A stretch of DNA of 64,000 nt from an uncultured virus (IMG/VR IMGVR_UViG_3300013120_000767) (IMGVR_UViG_3300013120_000767:62001-126000); one strand, 5' to 3'. Shown: positions 28,864 to 38,450, numbered from the stretch's first letter. Numbers and translations are program-made. Notes: generated from the letters alone by a model not told the origin.

Positions 28864-29540
28864 TGCTCCTCCTGTGTCAGCTGAGTAAGCTTGGACAACT
28901 CACTCAGGTGCTGGCCGGGGGTGCCGACGAGGCAGCGGGCCTGGACGAGGCGCAGGCCTTGCAAAGCCATCGCCGACCGTTCCCGTCGCCGGAGTTCGTC
29001 GATAGGGTAGAAATAAGGGGTCCTGGTAGTCATCAATTTGTCCGCCAGGTCTGCCTGCAATTTCTCTACGGCCCATTTCCACTCCAAGTGGGGCCGTTCC
29101 ATAATGGGGTATTCGTCCTTCAGCTGCCGCAGGGTAACAGGGAAGGGGGGCATCGTGTGCCACACGCCCTTGGTGCGGAAGATATGCCCGAGAAACAAAG
29201 GCAGGTTATCAGCCGCCCGGAGGTACACGCCGCTACAGTAGTCGGCCCCAATCATCATACAGACCAGGGCAAGGGGGAGCCCCTTGAACACAACGTACAC
29301 CTGCGGCATGTGGCACAGCCCCTCCAGGGCAATTGCTACCTCAGTAAGGTTGCCCACAAGGGCGTGGTGACCAACCGGGTAATGAGGGACACCCACCCAC
29401 TTCGTGGGAGGGCGGTAGCTGGGACGGGTTGCGCCGGTCACCTTCACCTGCTTCCCGGTGCGTTCAAAACGGGCCTTAGTTGGCCCCCCGAACTGTTCCC
29501 GGCACGCAGCAATGAGTCCTTCCCAGCTACACGTTCGCAC
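28833..29540 (-). CDS. Hypothetical protein
   Basis: Fills the operon between helicase and upstream gene; probable GTG start at 29540. Confidence 0.55.
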   Translation of the reverse strand: MRTCSWEGLIAACREQFGGPTKARFERTGKQVKVTGATRPSYRPPTKWVGVPHYPVGHHALVGNLTEVAIALEGLCHMPQVYVVFKGLPLALVCMMIGADYCSGVYLRAADNLPLFLGHIFRTKGVWHTMPPFPVTLRQLKDEYPIMERPHLEWKWAVEKLQADLADKLMTTRTPYFYPIDELRRRERSAMALQGLRLVQARCLVGTPGQHLSELSKLTQLTQEEQWALALNSRP

Positions 29541-29541
29541 A

Positions 29542-29991
29542 CTACCACCCCTTGGGCTTACCAACTCCGGACTTGTACGTCTTTCCGTCTTCGCCAGGCA
29601 AGAACCGCCTCGCCGTCGAGGGCAGCCCGCCAGCATCCTTGCCCTTGCGCAGCAGCTTCTCCACGCCGGATACGGAGGGGGGCTTGATTATCCCTGCTTC
29701 GAGCATTTGCTTCCACCATTTGAAGATGCCTGGCCGGGCGTACAACGGGTTGGCTCGCCTGGTGAACGAGAAGTCGCAGCAGATAGGGATGAGGTTGACC
29801 CCGTCCGGGAACTTGGCCCCCCCTGCCAACTCGACAAGGTGGATCATCAGTTTTTTCTCTGCCTGCTCCAAGCTTTCCAGCTCGGCGAAGATTTTGCGGT
29901 GGCCATCTACAAATGCCGCCTTGGCTGTCCGCAATCGCGTCAACTCCTCGACAATGCGGGCGGCCTGCTCCAATGTTTGCTTCATCGACAT
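29542..29991 (-). CDS. Hypothetical protein
   Basis: RBS AGGAG; coiled N-terminus; 'PSVSGVEKLL'. Confidence 0.6.
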   Translation of the reverse strand: MSMKQTLEQAARIVEELTRLRTAKAAFVDGHRKIFAELESLEQAEKKLMIHLVELAGGAKFPDGVNLIPICCDFSFTRRANPLYARPGIFKWWKQMLEAGIIKPPSVSGVEKLLRKGKDAGGLPSTARRFLPGEDGKTYKSGVGKPKGW

Positions 29992-30593
29992 TTCAACACT
30001 CCTTTCAGGGTACTCAAGATACGGAGTACCCCAGCTAAGTCCTCCTCCCATTCCCTCGTCTTTTCCGGCTTCCGGTCGATGAAGGCGGGGTGATGGACCA
30101 TGTACACTGGAAGAGTCCACGTGAGCTCGCCCAGTTCCATCGGCAGGCGGAACATCCGCCCCCGTAAATCAGTGATTCCTTGCGTCGTGTGCAGCAGCGC
30201 CTGCCCGCTGATCCGGCCGAGGCCGACAATCATGAACGGGTCCAGTAGGCGCAGTTGCTCCATCAAACGGGGCGCGCACACCCCGTACTCGTCTTTGCGG
30301 GGGTCTCGGTTGTCCAAGGGGCGGCACATGACCACGTTGGTCAAGTAAGCGTCCTTGGGGTCGAACCCTACCTGTTTGAGGGCTGCTTTAAGGCGCTGAC
30401 CGGACTTCCCCACGAAGGGCCTCCCGGTATCATCCTCTACTTCCCCCGGGGCCTCCCCGATGAATACTACCTTTGGGGATAGGCTGCCCGCCCCGAACAC
30501 GGTGTGGTTCCTGTCCTCGTGCAGTCGACACTTCGTGCACGCTGACCACTCCGTTTTCAAACGTCCCAATGCGGTAGCCGATGTTTTGGGCAT
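29982..30593 (-). CDS. Family 4 uracil-DNA glycosylase
   Basis: 'CTKCRL', 'FIGEAPGEVED..GRPFVGKSG', 'TNVVMCRP', 'HPA'. Confidence 0.95.
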   Translation of the reverse strand: MPKTSATALGRLKTEWSACTKCRLHEDRNHTVFGAGSLSPKVVFIGEAPGEVEDDTGRPFVGKSGQRLKAALKQVGFDPKDAYLTNVVMCRPLDNRDPRKDEYGVCAPRLMEQLRLLDPFMIVGLGRISGQALLHTTQGITDLRGRMFRLPMELGELTWTLPVYMVHHPAFIDRKPEKTREWEEDLAGVLRILSTLKGVLKCR

Positions 30594-33195
30594 ACTTCCT
30601 CATCATTTGAGCCATGGCATAGCACGGCTTAGCCTTGGGCACGTAAACGATCACCCAGGGCTGGTTCTTACTCTCAACATCCCGTAAGGACCGCCAGATG
30701 GCTTGCAAAAACCGCCCTTCCGAATCCTTCCCGACGGGCATTGTGATGAGGACTAAATCGAGGTCCAGCCGATTCAGACCCTCTCTCGCAGCTCCCATTG
30801 TTCCGACAATCAAATCGTTTGTCAAGAGCTCTTTTTCCCGCTTCTCCCATTTCACCTTCCCGGTAATGATTCCAGTAGGTTGGAGCTTCTCCTCGAACAA
30901 GTCATGCAGCCAATGGGCGTGTTTTCGAACATGGGTGAATACCATAGGTATTCTCCCTTGTTCGACAAACCCCCTGACGTCCGCAAAGATGCGGCGGTTG
31001 AACCCTCGCTCTTTGGCGATTTTTTTCCAAAACAGAGGAAAGTTGAACTTCCCTCCGCGATCTATCACATCTTTGTCGTGCTCTGTAGTCTTGATGGGAA
31101 CTTCAACGAAGGCCACCAGGGGCTTCATCGAGTGGTAGGTCGACCGGTATATCACCGGCCCCAGGTGGTAGAGGTACAGCGGTAGGGTGCCGTCCGCCCT
31201 TTCGGGGGTAGCCGTGAAACCGAACCTGGCTCCCCGGAACATGGAGGCGACTTTCAGCCCGGTAGGGGACCCAAGATTATGGACTTCGTCAAACACCACT
31301 GTTCCGAACTTGTCCCGTAACTCGACCGGGTAGATCCCAGCCTTCAAGGCCAGCGATCGCAGCGAGGCGATGACAATGGGCTTCTCCAGCTCGGAGTACT
31401 TGGCCCCATTGAAGACGCCGATGTCCTCCTCAGCAATTCCGGCCTTGTCCGCCAGCTCCCGCTTCCAGCCGCTGATGATGGACAGCGTGGGGAGGATGAC
31501 GATGGTCGCCTTGCCCCGCTGCACGATCTTCTTGACGGCCAGGACAGTGTTATGGTTGATGAAGCCATTACCGTAATACTCGTGCCCGTTGGGTACGGTG
31601 AAGTCCACTACGTCCTCAACGGTATTCTGGAGCTTGGTTACTTTCAGGAAGCGGAGACCGTAGCGGTCTATTTCCCTCAAGAGGCTTTCCAGAACCCTTC
31701 GGATGTGGTTACCCTTTTTCCCTTCTTTGTCTCGTACAATGCGTAGGAACTCACGCAAACGAGGGCGGCTGATGCCGACGGTTCGGGCATCCTTGTACGC
31801 AGCGTACACCTCTTGCCCGTACTCTTTGGCGCACTCGTACACCAGCCTACTGACTGGGACGACATCAATATTTGAGTTTCGGGGCCTCCTTTCCAGGTGT
31901 CTACGCAAAGTCGCCAGGGAGGCACCTTTGCTCCCAGAGCAAAACCCAATTTTCTCGGCGAACTTGATAACGTCGCCTCCACGGATTCCTACCTCCCAGG
32001 CATCTAAGTGGGTTGTTTTCTTTTTCCGCACTTTGGCCAGTATGCCCAATGCAAGGAGAGCTTGCTGAATCTCCCTAGAAAGCCGTTCGCTAGCAGACGA
32101 CGAGGTTACGCCGTCTTTGGGGATTACCCCCCCATCTGCGGTAAAGTACCCTTGGAGGAACCAACGTAGTACGTCGCTCCCTTGCCGCAGAACCGCCACA
32201 GGTATCGTTTTGTTCTCCGACTTAACCGAGAGAAGTCCATGGTGTTCCAGCCACGCCTTGTACTGGCAGGAACATATTTCGTAGTCGCAGTTGGACCCGG
32301 TGCCTTTACGCAACTTCACTCCTGCTGCCTTAGCGTGAGCCCGCATGACTCGCAACACGTCAGGGTCGACAGTTGATATCCTTGTCCGATTCCTAACGGT
32401 AAGCCCCCCGTCTCCAACAAGGAGCCCCAGAACAATAGCGTCTGTCCGGGATAGCTGCCCGGTTAGGTTAATGTCCGTTGACGAGTAGTCGGGGTCCTTC
32501 CGGGCATACTTGAACTTCTTCGCCTTAGCCGCTCCCCAAGACATGGAAGTAGCCAAAGCGACGTAGTCCCCCTCCTTCAACTCCCCCACCATGGTCCAAT
32601 TCAGGGTAGCTGTATCCGGGTCTAATGTAACAAGTGGGTGCTCCAATGTGCCTGCTTCCTGATATCCTAATTGCGTCTCTATAGAACGGCAGACAGAGAC
32701 TGGGAAGCGGTACGCCCTAGTTGCTTGTTGTGGGCCATTACGGGAATCTAGGAATAAAGCCTCCCCACTTGTTATTGCTAAGTGGGCGTCCTCGGCCCTG
32801 AAAATTCCTTGGTCAGTGTACAACCAAGTTCCCAACCCTACGCACTTCCCGCGACCCCCCGGAATGGAAAAAAGGCCGCCGTCGGCGTGCCTCAATGCCT
32901 CCCAGGCCTTCTCCTGTTCGGCATCCAGGAAGGAGGTTACTCGATCCTCCATGCGGGAAAAGTCCCGACCGGGAGGGGTCAAGTCCAGGACCTCCACGTC
33001 CATGGGGAACTCCCGGGGGATTGCTATGTGGGTGTCCGATTCGTGATAGCCGATACGGGCATGCTCGATACCGTCCAAGTCGGTGTTGTGGAAGGTCAAC
33101 CGCTCCCGGACTTCGGCAAGGTCGACCTCTGCCTTCCGCAGGAAGAGCAGGCCTGACTTGAACGAGGGCATCTCCCGTAGGTCTATGATGTTCAT
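30430..33195 (-). CDS. Superfamily 2 (UvsW/ResIII-like) helicase interrupted by an intein
   Basis: Walker A GGRGK|T split by the intein; DEVH; 'GFTATPERADG'; 'EGLN'. Confidence 0.9.
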   Translation of the reverse strand: MNIIDLREMPSFKSGLLFLRKAEVDLAEVRERLTFHNTDLDGIEHARIGYHESDTHIAIPREFPMDVEVLDLTPPGRDFSRMEDRVTSFLDAEQEKAWEALRHADGGLFSIPGGRGKCVGLGTWLYTDQGIFRAEDAHLAITSGEALFLDSRNGPQQATRAYRFPVSVCRSIETQLGYQEAGTLEHPLVTLDPDTATLNWTMVGELKEGDYVALATSMSWGAAKAKKFKYARKDPDYSSTDINLTGQLSRTDAIVLGLLVGDGGLTVRNRTRISTVDPDVLRVMRAHAKAAGVKLRKGTGSNCDYEICSCQYKAWLEHHGLLSVKSENKTIPVAVLRQGSDVLRWFLQGYFTADGGVIPKDGVTSSSASERLSREIQQALLALGILAKVRKKKTTHLDAWEVGIRGGDVIKFAEKIGFCSGSKGASLATLRRHLERRPRNSNIDVVPVSRLVYECAKEYGQEVYAAYKDARTVGISRPRLREFLRIVRDKEGKKGNHIRRVLESLLREIDRYGLRFLKVTKLQNTVEDVVDFTVPNGHEYYGNGFINHNTVLAVKKIVQRGKATIVILPTLSIISGWKRELADKAGIAEEDIGVFNGAKYSELEKPIVIASLRSLALKAGIYPVELRDKFGTVVFDEVHNLGSPTGLKVASMFRGARFGFTATPERADGTLPLYLYHLGPVIYRSTYHSMKPLVAFVEVPIKTTEHDKDVIDRGGKFNFPLFWKKIAKERGFNRRIFADVRGFVEQGRIPMVFTHVRKHAHWLHDLFEEKLQPTGIITGKVKWEKREKELLTNDLIVGTMGAAREGLNRLDLDLVLITMPVGKDSEGRFLQAIWRSLRDVESKNQPWVIVYVPKAKPCYAMAQMMRKYAQNIGYRIGTFENGVVSVHEVSTARGQEPHRVRGGQPIPKGSIHRGGPGGSRG
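31549..32844 (-). mobile_element. Intein (432 aa) with LAGLIDADG homing endonuclease
   Basis: Starts 'CVGLGT', has block B 'TLEHP', LAGLIDADG motifs 'LGLLVGDGG' and 'FLQGYFTADG', ends 'YYGNGFINHN' followed by Thr. Confidence 0.95.
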
Positions 33196-33852
33196 CTATT
33201 GTGCCGCTACCTGTTCCCGGTAGCTGAGGACTGCTTTGGCGTGCCGGCGGTAGCTCCCACAACCGTTCCAGTACTGGAGCCACACCATTTCTTCCGAGCC
33301 GGGGATGACCCGGCACCTTCTGGTACACCGGTTGTTCTCATCGGTGGCCAGGCAACGGGGTCCATTTCTATCCACCCGTTTCTTCAACTGGTCGTACGCT
33401 GTCATCATCACGTCCAGGGACCGCTCGAAGTGCCGCATATCCAGCACTGTGTACTCAGTCCCGTGTTCCTTGTTGTGCGCCCGAATCCAACTCCAGGAGG
33501 GGGAGTGCCGCAGCTGCCATTCGCTGACTTCTGCCGCCTTCTTCCGGATGACCCGGTTGGGTAGGTCCCATCCGTTCATCACCTTGGTGTAGCCCCCCAC
33601 GCACTTCCATTCACCATTGCTTTTGACCCACTTGTGGCACAGCCTCATAGCCCCCCGGACACCGCCGTAGCTCTCCTGTTTGACGACCCGGGCACAGACG
33701 TCGAAATTCATGTCCGTGAGCAAGGTCAACGCCAGGCAGGAATAGACGCCCTGGTCGGTGATGCCGAAGTGGCTCTGCACATCATCCACTTCCCGCAGTT
33801 CCGGATTGAACCCAAGGGTGTGCACAAGCAAGACGATTGCTGCCAAGTTCAT
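33196..33852 (-). CDS. Exported lysozyme-fold (SLT-like) protein, putative
   Basis: Hydrophobic N-terminus; 'ARVVKQES', 'SEWQL', 'YWNG..Y..AKAVL' resemble SLT motifs. Confidence 0.4.
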   Translation of the reverse strand: MNLAAIVLLVHTLGFNPELREVDDVQSHFGITDQGVYSCLALTLLTDMNFDVCARVVKQESYGGVRGAMRLCHKWVKSNGEWKCVGGYTKVMNGWDLPNRVIRKKAAEVSEWQLRHSPSWSWIRAHNKEHGTEYTVLDMRHFERSLDVMMTAYDQLKKRVDRNGPRCLATDENNRCTRRCRVIPGSEEMVWLQYWNGCGSYRRHAKAVLSYREQVAAQ

Positions 33853-34106
33853 GCGTCACCTCCATGCTTCCCCCCAAAGTCGAGGGTGTATGTGCACGCG
33901 TGTTTCCCCGCCAGGGAAGACAGCAAGACACGGAGGGCGTTGGCATTACCCCCTCTGCGCCCTACGACCTTGCCGAGGTCTTCCGGGTGCACCGTTACCA
34001 CTACTGACACCTTCTTTCCTTCGAGAATGGTATGTTCTACTATATCTACCTCTTCCGGGTGGTCAACGAGGGCCTTTACGACCGGCTCGATTATTTCCTT
34101 GATCAT
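33849..34106 (-). CDS. khpA: KhpA (UPF0109) single-KH-domain RNA-binding protein
   Basis: 'KALVDHPEEV..VHPEDLGKVVGRRGGNANALRVLL' with an intact GxxG loop. Confidence 0.9.
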   Translation of the reverse strand: MIKEIIEPVVKALVDHPEEVDIVEHTILEGKKVSVVVTVHPEDLGKVVGRRGGNANALRVLLSSLAGKHACTYTLDFGGKHGGDA

Positions 34107-34138
34107 CTTGGCATGCCTCCCCCTTGATTCGAGGGGTT

Positions 34139-34167
34139 ATTCTACCAGACTTGTGGGAAACCATCAA
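34139..34167 (-). promoter_or_regulatory. Sigma70-type promoter for the khpA-replication operon
   Basis: TTGATG-N17-TAGAAT on the minus strand, then RBS GGAGG. Confidence 0.7.
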
Positions 34168-34199
34168 GCTTCGCTGACTCTCTCGACGAGGGTATCGTA

Positions 34200-34390
34200 C
34201 GCACGTGCACCCGCGCCCGCGCCTGCGCAATATACATAACAACAACTACAACTAAACCCCAACGGGGGCTCTTCTAGTATCCCTAGAAGAGCCCCCAGAG
34301 GGGGTTGAGTTGGGGGCTCTGCCCCCCGGACCCCCGTTTTTTTAAAGAGACCACCCGGGGGGCTATGCCCCCCGCCACCCCCCTTAAGCC
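34200..34390. other. Hairpin/cruciform-rich non-coding region (candidate replication origin or structured RNA)
   Basis: Perfect 14-bp stem 34264-34296 within a longer imperfect stem; two GGGGGCT..GCCCCCC units; AC-rich tract and T7 run. Confidence 0.45.
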
Positions 34391-35215
34391 TTACGGCAGG
34401 TGAGTAGACTTGGTAGCGAGGACAAGGGCCACAAACTCCCAGATTTCCTGTGGGGACCGCAAAGCGGGGACGTCCATAATCAACCCACGTTTGTTGATCA
34501 CGCTGACGGCGTCGGGCCCAATTACAACTTGGGCTACGCCTTCCGGGGGTACGTCCTGCCAAGTGGGCTTGGCCTCCTTTTGGGTTTGGGCGGCCTGCCT
34601 GGGCTGCCTCAATTTGCGGGGCGGAGGCGTTGCTGCACTGCGCACAAACCCCCCGAACGCCGCCTCGCGCCGAACTTTGGGGCCCGTTGCCATGTACTTG
34701 ATGAGCTTGCCTGCCCGCTTCTCTTCCACGAGGCGGCCGATGAGGCCGGTGAGGCGGCTGTCCCAGCCGGCGACGGTGCCGAAGCACACTCGGTAGGGGT
34801 CGGTGAGGAACTTCAGCATTCCAATGGCTTTCAGGGTCTCCAGTTCCTCCGCGGTCACTTGAATGTACTCCGCTCGCCCCCCCGTGGCGGCGAGCGCTGG
34901 GGCGATAGTCCGGCCAATCCAGTACTTCCGGAAGGCGTCGCGCATCTCGGAGATGGGGGTTGTGTCATCAGTGATGCCCAGGAGGTGGTAGGCTTTCCCT
35001 CCCTCTTTGCAGAAGAGTATCCCCGCTCCGGCGGCGTCGTTGGCCTTCTTGTATGCGTATTTCTGCATTGGGTCAGTGAGGTCCACGAGCCCTGCTTTCA
35101 GGTCTGCCTTGATGGCGTTCCGCAGGCGCCGGGCGCCCCTCAGCACATCCCTCATTGTGAGCTGCGCCATTTCTGCATTGGAGAAAACGATCCTTATCCT
35201 TTTGTCGATATCCAT
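34391..35215 (-). CDS. Hypothetical basic protein
   Basis: 274 aa; ends at the hairpin region. Confidence 0.65.
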   Translation of the reverse strand: MDIDKRIRIVFSNAEMAQLTMRDVLRGARRLRNAIKADLKAGLVDLTDPMQKYAYKKANDAAGAGILFCKEGGKAYHLLGITDDTTPISEMRDAFRKYWIGRTIAPALAATGGRAEYIQVTAEELETLKAIGMLKFLTDPYRVCFGTVAGWDSRLTGLIGRLVEEKRAGKLIKYMATGPKVRREAAFGGFVRSAATPPPRKLRQPRQAAQTQKEAKPTWQDVPPEGVAQVVIGPDAVSVINKRGLIMDVPALRSPQEIWEFVALVLATKSTHLP

Positions 35216-35238
35216 GGGTGGTCCTTTTATACGTGGAG

Positions 35239-36147
35239 TTACGAAGTAGGTATGTCCGGGTAGTCTGGTTGTTGCACTGTGAAGTAGTCGTCCGCCCCGT
35301 CGATGTTGTCGAACAGGTCGAAGTCTGCGCCGGGCACCGTGAACCGGCGAATGATCGAGGTGTTCTTGACAGATACCTCTACCTCCGTCCCGGGCACCAG
35401 CTCAACCGAGAGTTGCCCGTTGGTGTCCGACTCGACTACGGTGCGGTCGTCGGCAACTACAAACTTGGTGTCGTTGTTGGAGAAGGCCACCTTCGACAGG
35501 GTGGTGACGAGCACCTCCCGATACCGGATGGGGCTGCCTTGGCCGTTGATCAGCGTCGCCGTCATGGTGACTAGGGATTGGGGGGCTACGTACCTGGAAG
35601 TCGGGACGGGGATGGTCTTGGTGTTGAGCAGTATGGGGGCCTCTTCGTCCCGGTAGTCGATCTCCAGCTCAAACCCGTTGACTGTGAATACGTACCCGGA
35701 CTTCTCCAGGCAGATGCGGTAAGCCCCTTCCGGCAGCTCCAGGTTGCACTCTCCGTTGTCATCAGTGGTGGTTTCCGAGATGAGGTCGTACCCGACGTTG
35801 GCGAATTCAAGGAGCATGACCCGGACGCCGGCGTGGGCGGTCCCATCTTCGGTGTCTTCTACCCGAATGGTAGCGGAGTGGACGGAGATAACCACAAACA
35901 GGTTTTGCTCCGCCTGCTCGTTGTTGCCGTCCCCTCGCCAACGAATCAGGTAGGTGCCGGTATCATCCAGGCGCAAGTCGCCGACGTACACGCCGCCGGT
36001 AGGGTGCTCCTGGCAGGCGAGGGGGCTTTCCGAGATCTCCACTCCATCCTGGTAGATGTTGGCGGTGACGTCGGTCAGCCCGGTGACGCCCAGGGTCCAG
36101 ATGATGGAGCCGGGCTTGTTCACAATGAGGTACTGAGGGTCAAGCAT
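35239..36147 (-). CDS. Virion-associated Ig-like / carboxypeptidase-regulatory-like beta-sandwich protein
   Basis: 'GVRVML..TTDDNGECNLELPEGAYRI..KSGY' repeated as 'SDTNGQLSVELVPG'. Confidence 0.55.
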   Translation of the reverse strand: MLDPQYLIVNKPGSIIWTLGVTGLTDVTANIYQDGVEISESPLACQEHPTGGVYVGDLRLDDTGTYLIRWRGDGNNEQAEQNLFVVISVHSATIRVEDTEDGTAHAGVRVMLLEFANVGYDLISETTTDDNGECNLELPEGAYRICLEKSGYVFTVNGFELEIDYRDEEAPILLNTKTIPVPTSRYVAPQSLVTMTATLINGQGSPIRYREVLVTTLSKVAFSNNDTKFVVADDRTVVESDTNGQLSVELVPGTEVEVSVKNTSIIRRFTVPGADFDLFDNIDGADDYFTVQQPDYPDIPTS

Positions 36148-36878
36148 TACTCTGCTCCTTCCACCACGTACTTGTACCCTTTGACGATGCCAAGGTACCC
36201 GATGGCTTCGTCGGCCGCTTTGTCGGCCAGGGCGTTGCCGATTGGTACAACCCACACGCCGGGCGTGGTCAGGTCCGGGTCGGAAGTGACCACGCCGGCG
36301 GTAACGTCGAGGTAGAGCGGGTCGCTGTACGCCCAGGCCTCCGCCGTGGCCCGCACTCGAGTGGGCCCGCTGACGATGACCTGGGATTGGGTGGCGCCGG
36401 CGCCGAGTCCTGATTGCACCACGCCGAAGAACTCCCCGTCATCGTTGAGGGCCATCTCCGCCCCGTCCCGGTCACCGGCAGCCAGCCGTACAGCGCTGTA
36501 CTGAGGAATGGGGACGGTGTCGGACGAGTTGAAGATCCAGCAGGTGATCGGCTCCCACTGGGAACCGTCGGCATAGGCCGGCGGGTCCGGGACTTCGGTG
36601 GCCATGGAGGCGATCGCCTCGGCGGTGAGGGTCTCCCCCGTGACGAACACAGTCAGGATTGTTTGCCAACTCGTCGCCACCGAGCGCCAGCGCAGAATGT
36701 AGGTAGCTCCGGCGTAGGTTTCGTTGAGCTCAACGTACGCCCGGTAGATGGTGGGGAACTCCTCCGTGCCGGAGACTGTGAAGATCTGGGTGCCATCGCT
36801 GGCGAACACGCCCAGCTCCAAGTCCTCGAGCCCGGCGGCGGCCTCCACTCGTTCTGTCCACACCAGCGGTCTCAGCAT
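36147..36878 (-). CDS. Capsid decoration/cement-like protein (putative)
   Basis: C-terminal 'FFGVV..VIVSGP..PLYLD..G.VT..IGNAL'. Confidence 0.45.
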   Translation of the reverse strand: MLRPLVWTERVEAAAGLEDLELGVFASDGTQIFTVSGTEEFPTIYRAYVELNETYAGATYILRWRSVATSWQTILTVFVTGETLTAEAIASMATEVPDPPAYADGSQWEPITCWIFNSSDTVPIPQYSAVRLAAGDRDGAEMALNDDGEFFGVVQSGLGAGATQSQVIVSGPTRVRATAEAWAYSDPLYLDVTAGVVTSDPDLTTPGVWVVPIGNALADKAADEAIGYLGIVKGYKYVVEGAE

Positions 36879-36930
36879 GGCTGCGCCTCCTGGGGGGATT
36901 CTACTACGTAGCGTGGGGGTTGTCGAGGAA

Positions 36931-37182
36931 CTAGATCTCGCTGTGCGTTCCCGCCCCCCCTTCTCGGGTGCCGCTGCCGGAAAGATCGCAATCTATAGGC
37001 AGGACGCTCTCGTCTTGTGTCGTCATTAGCCACCCTAAGCAGTGGCGATTGCCGCACTGTTGTTTCATGCGGCATGGCTGGGACCTCCAGCCGGTCGGTT
37101 GTTCACAAGAGAAGTACTTAACCGCCCCACCTTCCGGTTGCCTCTGGCCCCCCGGCGGTGAGCTTTGTTTGCTTGTTCTCAT
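36931..37182 (-). CDS. Small Cys-rich protein
   Basis: ATGA-coupled to the RuvC-like gene. Confidence 0.45.
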   Translation of the reverse strand: MRTSKQSSPPGGQRQPEGGAVKYFSCEQPTGWRSQPCRMKQQCGNRHCLGWLMTTQDESVLPIDCDLSGSGTREGGAGTHSEI

Positions 37183-37700
37183 GTGTAATCCTCCAGGGGC
37201 GGGAAAGTCTCCGCCCGGGCGATGCCGGCAGCTTCAGCTTCATCCTCGTTGAGCCTTTCGCCGTAGATCCCCAGGACCATGTGGCGGGCCATCCGTTTCA
37301 GTACGTCACCGGTATAGCGGCCGGAGGCCCGGGCGCCGAGGACTCGCTTCCTCCACGTCGACGGTTCGAGGAAGATGGGCAGGGCTGTTCCCCCGTTGTC
37401 AAACCATGCCTGTACCCACATCCCTGACTTCCGGGCGGTGGTCAGAGCATTGCGGGGGTCCCGGCGCATTTTGCCGGTTTCTTTGTTCCTGCGCAGGTCG
37501 AGCCACTGTTGCTCGATGACGATAAGTTCTGGTTCATGCAGCATGGCGAGTTCCACGCTTTCTGCGATAGACTTGGCGAGGGCCCGAAACTTTCGGCTTT
37601 TTGGGAACGACCCGTACCCTAAGAGTGCATCACCTCGGACGCAGCACCACGCATTTGGGGGGTCGATTCCAAGAACGACCAGCGGTTCGGGTATCCTCAT
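37179..37700 (-). CDS. RuvC-like Holliday junction resolvase
   Basis: 'VLGIDP', 'IVIEQ', 'PSTWRK', 'NEDEAEAAGIA'. Confidence 0.8.
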   Translation of the reverse strand: MRIPEPLVVLGIDPPNAWCCVRGDALLGYGSFPKSRKFRALAKSIAESVELAMLHEPELIVIEQQWLDLRRNKETGKMRRDPRNALTTARKSGMWVQAWFDNGGTALPIFLEPSTWRKRVLGARASGRYTGDVLKRMARHMVLGIYGERLNEDEAEAAGIARAETFPPLEDYT

Positions 37701-37711
37701 GCCCGCACCTC

Positions 37712-37892
37712 TTTAGTTTGCTCTTGTACCGGGCGTGTTTGCTTTCCGCCAGTTTTCCGCATCCTCCTCCGCCGCTCGTTGCGAGCAACGGGTTTCTATG
37801 CCGGTAGGTGTCTTGAAGCGCCAAACATATTCCCCCTCTTTCCACACTTCGTAGAGAGCTTTGTCGTTACTGGTTTTGCTGGTGTTGCTCAT
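37712..37892 (-). CDS. Small hypothetical protein (not in ORF track)
   Basis: RBS GAGGAGGAG; MSNTSKTSNDKALYEVWKEGEYVWRF..; boundaries approximate. Confidence 0.45.
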
Positions 37893-37977
37893 CTTTCGCT
37901 CCTCCTCTTTTGCGCTATTTGTCCCTACAAGCCCGCACTTGGGAAGAGTAATTTCGGCCCTTCCTGCGGGGGGCTTG

Positions 37978-38202
37978 CTACTGGTCGAGTGGTATCCACA
38001 GGCAATGGAAGCCTAGCTCCTTGAGGATTTGGGCGATCTCCTCCTGGGGTAGGCGGACGAACAGCAGGTCCTCCTCCCGCATGCACTGGGCCTCCTTCAG
38101 GCGGAAGCGTTGATGTGCCCGCTTCGCTGTCTTGATGGAGGGGAACTCCAGCTCCCAAGGGAAGTACTCCCGGGCTGCCACTGTGTTGCGTTCTTGAGCC
38201 AC
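37978..38202 (-). CDS. Small hypothetical protein
   Basis: RBS GGAGG. Confidence 0.5.
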   Translation of the reverse strand: MAQERNTVAAREYFPWELEFPSIKTAKRAHQRFRLKEAQCMREEDLLFVRLPQEEIAQILKELGFHCLWIPLDQ

Positions 38203-38255
38203 TTTTGTTTAACACCTCCAAGGCCCATCATCCACAATTGGGGGGGTCGCGTCAA

Positions 38256-38450
38256 CTAGAACATTGCTTGTTCTTCGTAGAAGTTGCGTACTCTAGCAAA
38301 AGAGTCTTCGTTGTAGGCGGGCGCTTCCCCCCTTATGCGGCAAAGGTCGTTCTCCGCTTTCATCCCCTCCACTTCGGCCAGTAACCTGGCGGCAACAAGA
38401 AACCGGAGCGAAGCTCTGTCAAACAGGTCTGCGGCGCGGGTATCAGGCAT
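38256..38450 (-). CDS. Small hypothetical protein
   Basis: 'AEVEGMKAEN..RGEAPAYNEDSF' is a common small phage protein pattern. Confidence 0.6.
   Translation of the reverse strand: MPDTRAADLFDRASLRFLVAARLLAEVEGMKAENDLCRIRGEAPAYNEDSFARVRNFYEEQAMF

Noticed and set aside
26504..30593. About 160-nt overlaps (primase into SSB-like gene; helicase into UDG) as signs of recoding
   Set aside because: The tails look like non-conserved run-on after stop loss; TAA, TAG and TGA all end well-supported genes, so there is no sign of an alternative genetic code.
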